Assembly: GCA_964016885.1 (NCBI GenBank)
Contig: OZ024740.1
Coordinates: 262,260,001 to 262,324,000 of the forward strand
Length of the DNA stretch: 64,000 nucleotides
Source of the DNA: Eledone cirrhosa
Taxonomy: Eukaryota
Direction of reading: 5' to 3'
Part shown: one piece after another, positions 60,528 through 64,000 of the stretch
How the letters are laid out: each line of letters starts with the position of its first letter
Position numbering within the stretch: position 1 is the stretch's first letter
Notes under the pieces: model-generated
Told to the model about the DNA's origin: nothing
Seen by the model: only the letters and a program-made list of their open reading frames with translations
Databases searched by the model: none
Made by a program: the position numbers and the translations under genes

Positions 60528-60531
<4 letters not shown>
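60317..60531. repeat. Fold-back inverted repeat (~105 bp arms) centred at 60424
   Basis: ctgctttt-C-aaaagcag centre; 60250-60429 is homologous, inverted, to 28733-28910. Confidence 0.9.
60394..60429 (-). ncRNA. Minimal hammerhead ribozyme, U3-A8 core
   Basis: Minus strand: ctt-TTGAAAA-gcag aagaa ctgc-GAAA-cctg-TA-aag. Confidence 0.65.
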
Positions 60532-60608
<77 letters not shown>

Positions 60609-61143
60609 ATTGGTTACACAACATTTAGTTCACTATACCGAGAGCAATTGTATATATATACATATGTAGTTATTCTAAGTTTAACGTGTTGGTTGATCAG
60701 ACATCAACCGATTGGGGTGTAATCAGAAGTAAGCACTCCACGTCGTGATTACCTTATGAAATTATCAATATGGTGTCAGTCGGAGTGTCAAAATTATAAA
60801 AAAGAAGAGACGATATCACGAATGCATCTTTATTGCAGCATTCTCGTATGCACATTTCAAAGACATCATTGTCGTGGAGTAACAATTATTTGATATGCTT
60901 TCTTTGGGCATTTATTTAGGTGTAAATAAATGTCGGATAACAACACACCAAATAATTGTTACACAGCGACTATGTATGATGTCTCTGAAATGTACATAAC
61001 AGGACAATGTAATAAACTGAAGATCTATATGTGATATAAAATATAATATGTAAAACGTGGTATCAGGAATGAGACTTGAAGTAAAGGTATAATATAATAT
61101 GATATAATATAATATAATATAATATAATATTATATAATATAAT

Positions 61144-61334
61144 ATAATTGCTTCTACTTTTGGCTCAAAGCCAGCAGTTATCCCAGTGCATTACTGGCGC
61201 TTTATTTTATCGGCCCTATAAGGATGAAAGGCAAAGTTAACCTCGCCGGGATTTGAACTCAGAAGGTAAAGTCCGTAACTCTATGCATCAAAGCATAGCG
61301 TCCGGCCCTCCACCAATACTGCCAATCCACCGCC
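61144..61334 (-). mobile_element. SINE family A
   Basis: Reverse-complement copy. Confidence 0.88.
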
Positions 61335-61529
61335 AATATAATATAATTGCTGGCTTTATGCCAAAAGTAGAACAAATTATATTATATTTTACATCACATT
61401 ATTAATCAGGCAATGCTGTATTTAAATAGAGTTACGCACACACATCTCAGATCGGTACACATGTGCCCAATATAGGCACATACGCACCCATATGCACACT
61501 CAATTAGGTAATGCTGTATGTATATCTCT

Positions 61530-61803
61530 AGGTTGTCCATCGTAAACGACGATGACATCTTCTTTACTTTAGTTCCCGTCTGCCGTGAGCACGAAGGTGG
61601 CTGTGGAGGCCGATCTTTGACTTGCACGTTCGGGGACAGCGGGGACAGAGGAAGAGACCGGAGTCGCTTGGGGCAGCTGTTGATGCCCTTCTCCTCCTTT
61701 CACGGGCCTCAGTGACCTCTGCCCGTCTCTTCTCTTCAAAAGAGTCTTTGGCGCGTCTGGTAAGGGCTCGCCACTCTGTCCTGTCCTGAGCATGGGACTC
61801 GAG
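61530..61803 (-). mobile_element. 3' end of an RTE-clade LINE
   Basis: ESHAQDRTEWRAL...FEEKRR...CPRCPRTCKSKIGLHSHLRAH (C2H2 finger) then short 3' UTR catcgtcgtttacgatgg. Confidence 0.85.
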
Positions 61804-62172
61804 TATGTATATACATGTATGTATATACATGTATATACATGTATGTATGTATATACATGTATGTATATGTACACACACATACATCCCAGATCGCTACAGA
61901 GGTTCCTAATGAAGGTATATACACTGTACATACGCACCCATATGTACACACTTATACGTAGACACCCCATGTTTATATATACGTATATACGCACATATGT
62001 ATATATGTATATACACATACACACATATACATATATATCTATATACATACACACGTAAACAGACGTACATATATAGACCCAAAACACAACGACACATAAA
62101 TATATATGTATATATACACACACACACATGCATATATATATATATATATATACATATATGTACACATGTTTA

Positions 62173-62220
<48 letters not shown>

Positions 62221-63923
62221 TGTTATGTTTCGCTTTGAGCATGTGTTCTTGTGTCTGTATGAGAGAGAAAGAAAGGGAATGCGTGTTACCTGTGTTCGTG
62301 TGTTTGTATTTTTCTTTCTTTGTGACATCGCAAAACTGCGTGTTTTTATGTGTTTATATGCGCTTATCTATGTGTGCGTGTGCGTGCGCGCGTGCCTGTG
62401 TGTGTATCAAAGAGAGATTGAGAGAGGGAGAGAGAAAAGTGAGGGGGGATACTATGCGAGTTACGTGCGTTTGTGTGTTTATGATTTTTTTCTTTCGTGA
62501 CTATTTGTGAGTTTGTATGTGTGCTTATGTGCGTTTTTATTTGTGTGTCTGACTGTGATTGACTATTTGCTTTTATAAGTGTTTTTTAGTATTATATGTT
62601 TTTTAGTTTATATGTTTGTATGTTTTTGTCGTCTGTTTTTCTGTTTGTGAGCATTGTGAAAATGTATTTATGTGTGCGTGTGATTTGTGTGTCAGTGTGT
62701 GTGTTAGTATTTTTGTATTCGTGTGTTTGTGTACGTTTTTATATGCGTGTGATTTTTTGGTTCTATGTGCATTTTTGTGTTTGTTTGCATATATTTATGG
62801 ATGTATATATGCATGTTTGTTTGTTTGTATGTGTTTGCGTGTTTTTATGTATACATCTGCTTGCATGTGTGTGGTTTATGAATCTGTATGTGTTTTTGTG
62901 TGTGTTGTCACATGAATGTATAAGGACATGAGTGTATGTATGTAATTGTGCGTTCTTGCAGTGAGGGATCTGCTAATAATAAGCAAGGGGTATATGTGGG
63001 TGAAATGGAATTGTTGTATAAACAGTTTCAATTAGAGATGATTTTAAAACAGAATTTTCTTAACGGAGAAAACGGGTAAAAGTAGGAGACATGAATAAGC
63101 GCTGATGTATAACAAGTAATTATTTAAGAAAGAACTGAAACACTCCTCGTCGAAACTCACAGAGGTTAAATACTGTTGTACTATAAAGCCGTGGATGAGC
63201 GGAGTAGTTAGAAATCTGTAATAAATTATTCAGAATTGTTCCGGATCTCTGCAGGCTGAGTTCAAATTCTACCAAGATTAATATTGGTTTTCAACATTTC
63301 GCTGTCTATATATACAGTAATCAATCAAGAGGCGATGGATTGGCGGTAAATCCTACTCCCCTGTTATTGGAAAAGCGGTGACGCTTCTGCCAAGCTTTGA
63401 AACCAGCAATGATAAGATAGTTCCTTGGTCTGTTTTGACGAACTGCTTCTTTCCTTATCCATAATGATATAATAGTGAAGCGACAGAAAATATACAATTT
63501 TGAAGAAAATGCTACTGGCATTTAGCTGCAGTGCTATAATTCACTCAGAATTCAAATCCAGCTGACCTCAAATGCATTCTGCCCTGGTCGATAAAATAAA
63601 TTGAAGTACTATGGTGGATGTAAATTTTCTATATATTCCCCTAAAACGTTAGGCCTTGTTCCACTGTTAGTTATCAAAATCGTTTGAACGTCGGATAGAA
63701 TTCTTTGCAGTATTTCATTCTTGATCTGAGTTCAAATCCTGCCAAGACAAGCGTTACCTTTTCTCTTTTCGAGTTTGAAGAATAAAGTACTCATCCAATA
63801 CTGGGAAGCATACTCTTTCTTTCTGTCTCTTCCCCCCGTCTCTCTATTTAGATAGGGAAGTGTTGAAGTGGACACCCTACGACTCAGGGTTCATGGATGG
63901 CTGGGCCGATTAAATAGGTACGA

Positions 63924-64000
63924 GTTATAATCTGAAGATTCATCCTGTCGACGATAGATTAGCATCGAACATTTTGGGGAAAATGTCAACATATGAAGAA
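63924..64000 (+). ncRNA. Probable hammerhead ribozyme cut by the window edge
   Basis: CTGAAGA(63932-63938)-ttcat...tgtcgac...gtcaaca...atgaa-GAA at the window end. Confidence 0.55.

Overview
AT-rich, repeat-saturated animal DNA, most likely intergenic or intronic octopus/cephalopod sequence (inferred from the SINE, LINE and microsatellite content). I found no intact host gene; nearly all ORFs in the track are microsatellite or satellite artefacts. Recognisable content: decayed Penelope-like elements (PLEs; RT + GIY-YIG), two R4/Dong-like pieces, a CR1-group LINE, two RTE fragments, two head-to-tail Helitrons plus a probable third, a tandem array of tiny MITEs, more than 15 copies of a tRNA-derived SINE, and a ~9.6 kb satellite with a ~3.9 kb higher-order duplication. 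The signal the ORF track misses is RNA structure. Reading by eye, I find about 20 intact, degenerate or partial type I hammerhead ribozyme (HHR) motifs from roughly a dozen unrelated sequence contexts. Several lie in tandem 317-474 nt units resembling non-LTR retrozymes (circular-RNA-producing parasites of PLEs). Four unrelated families carry the compensatory U3-A8 core (TTGANAA instead of CTGANGA), many have family-specific palindromic stems III, and several fold-back inversions turn at or beside a ribozyme. All folds are hand-derived and activity is untested.
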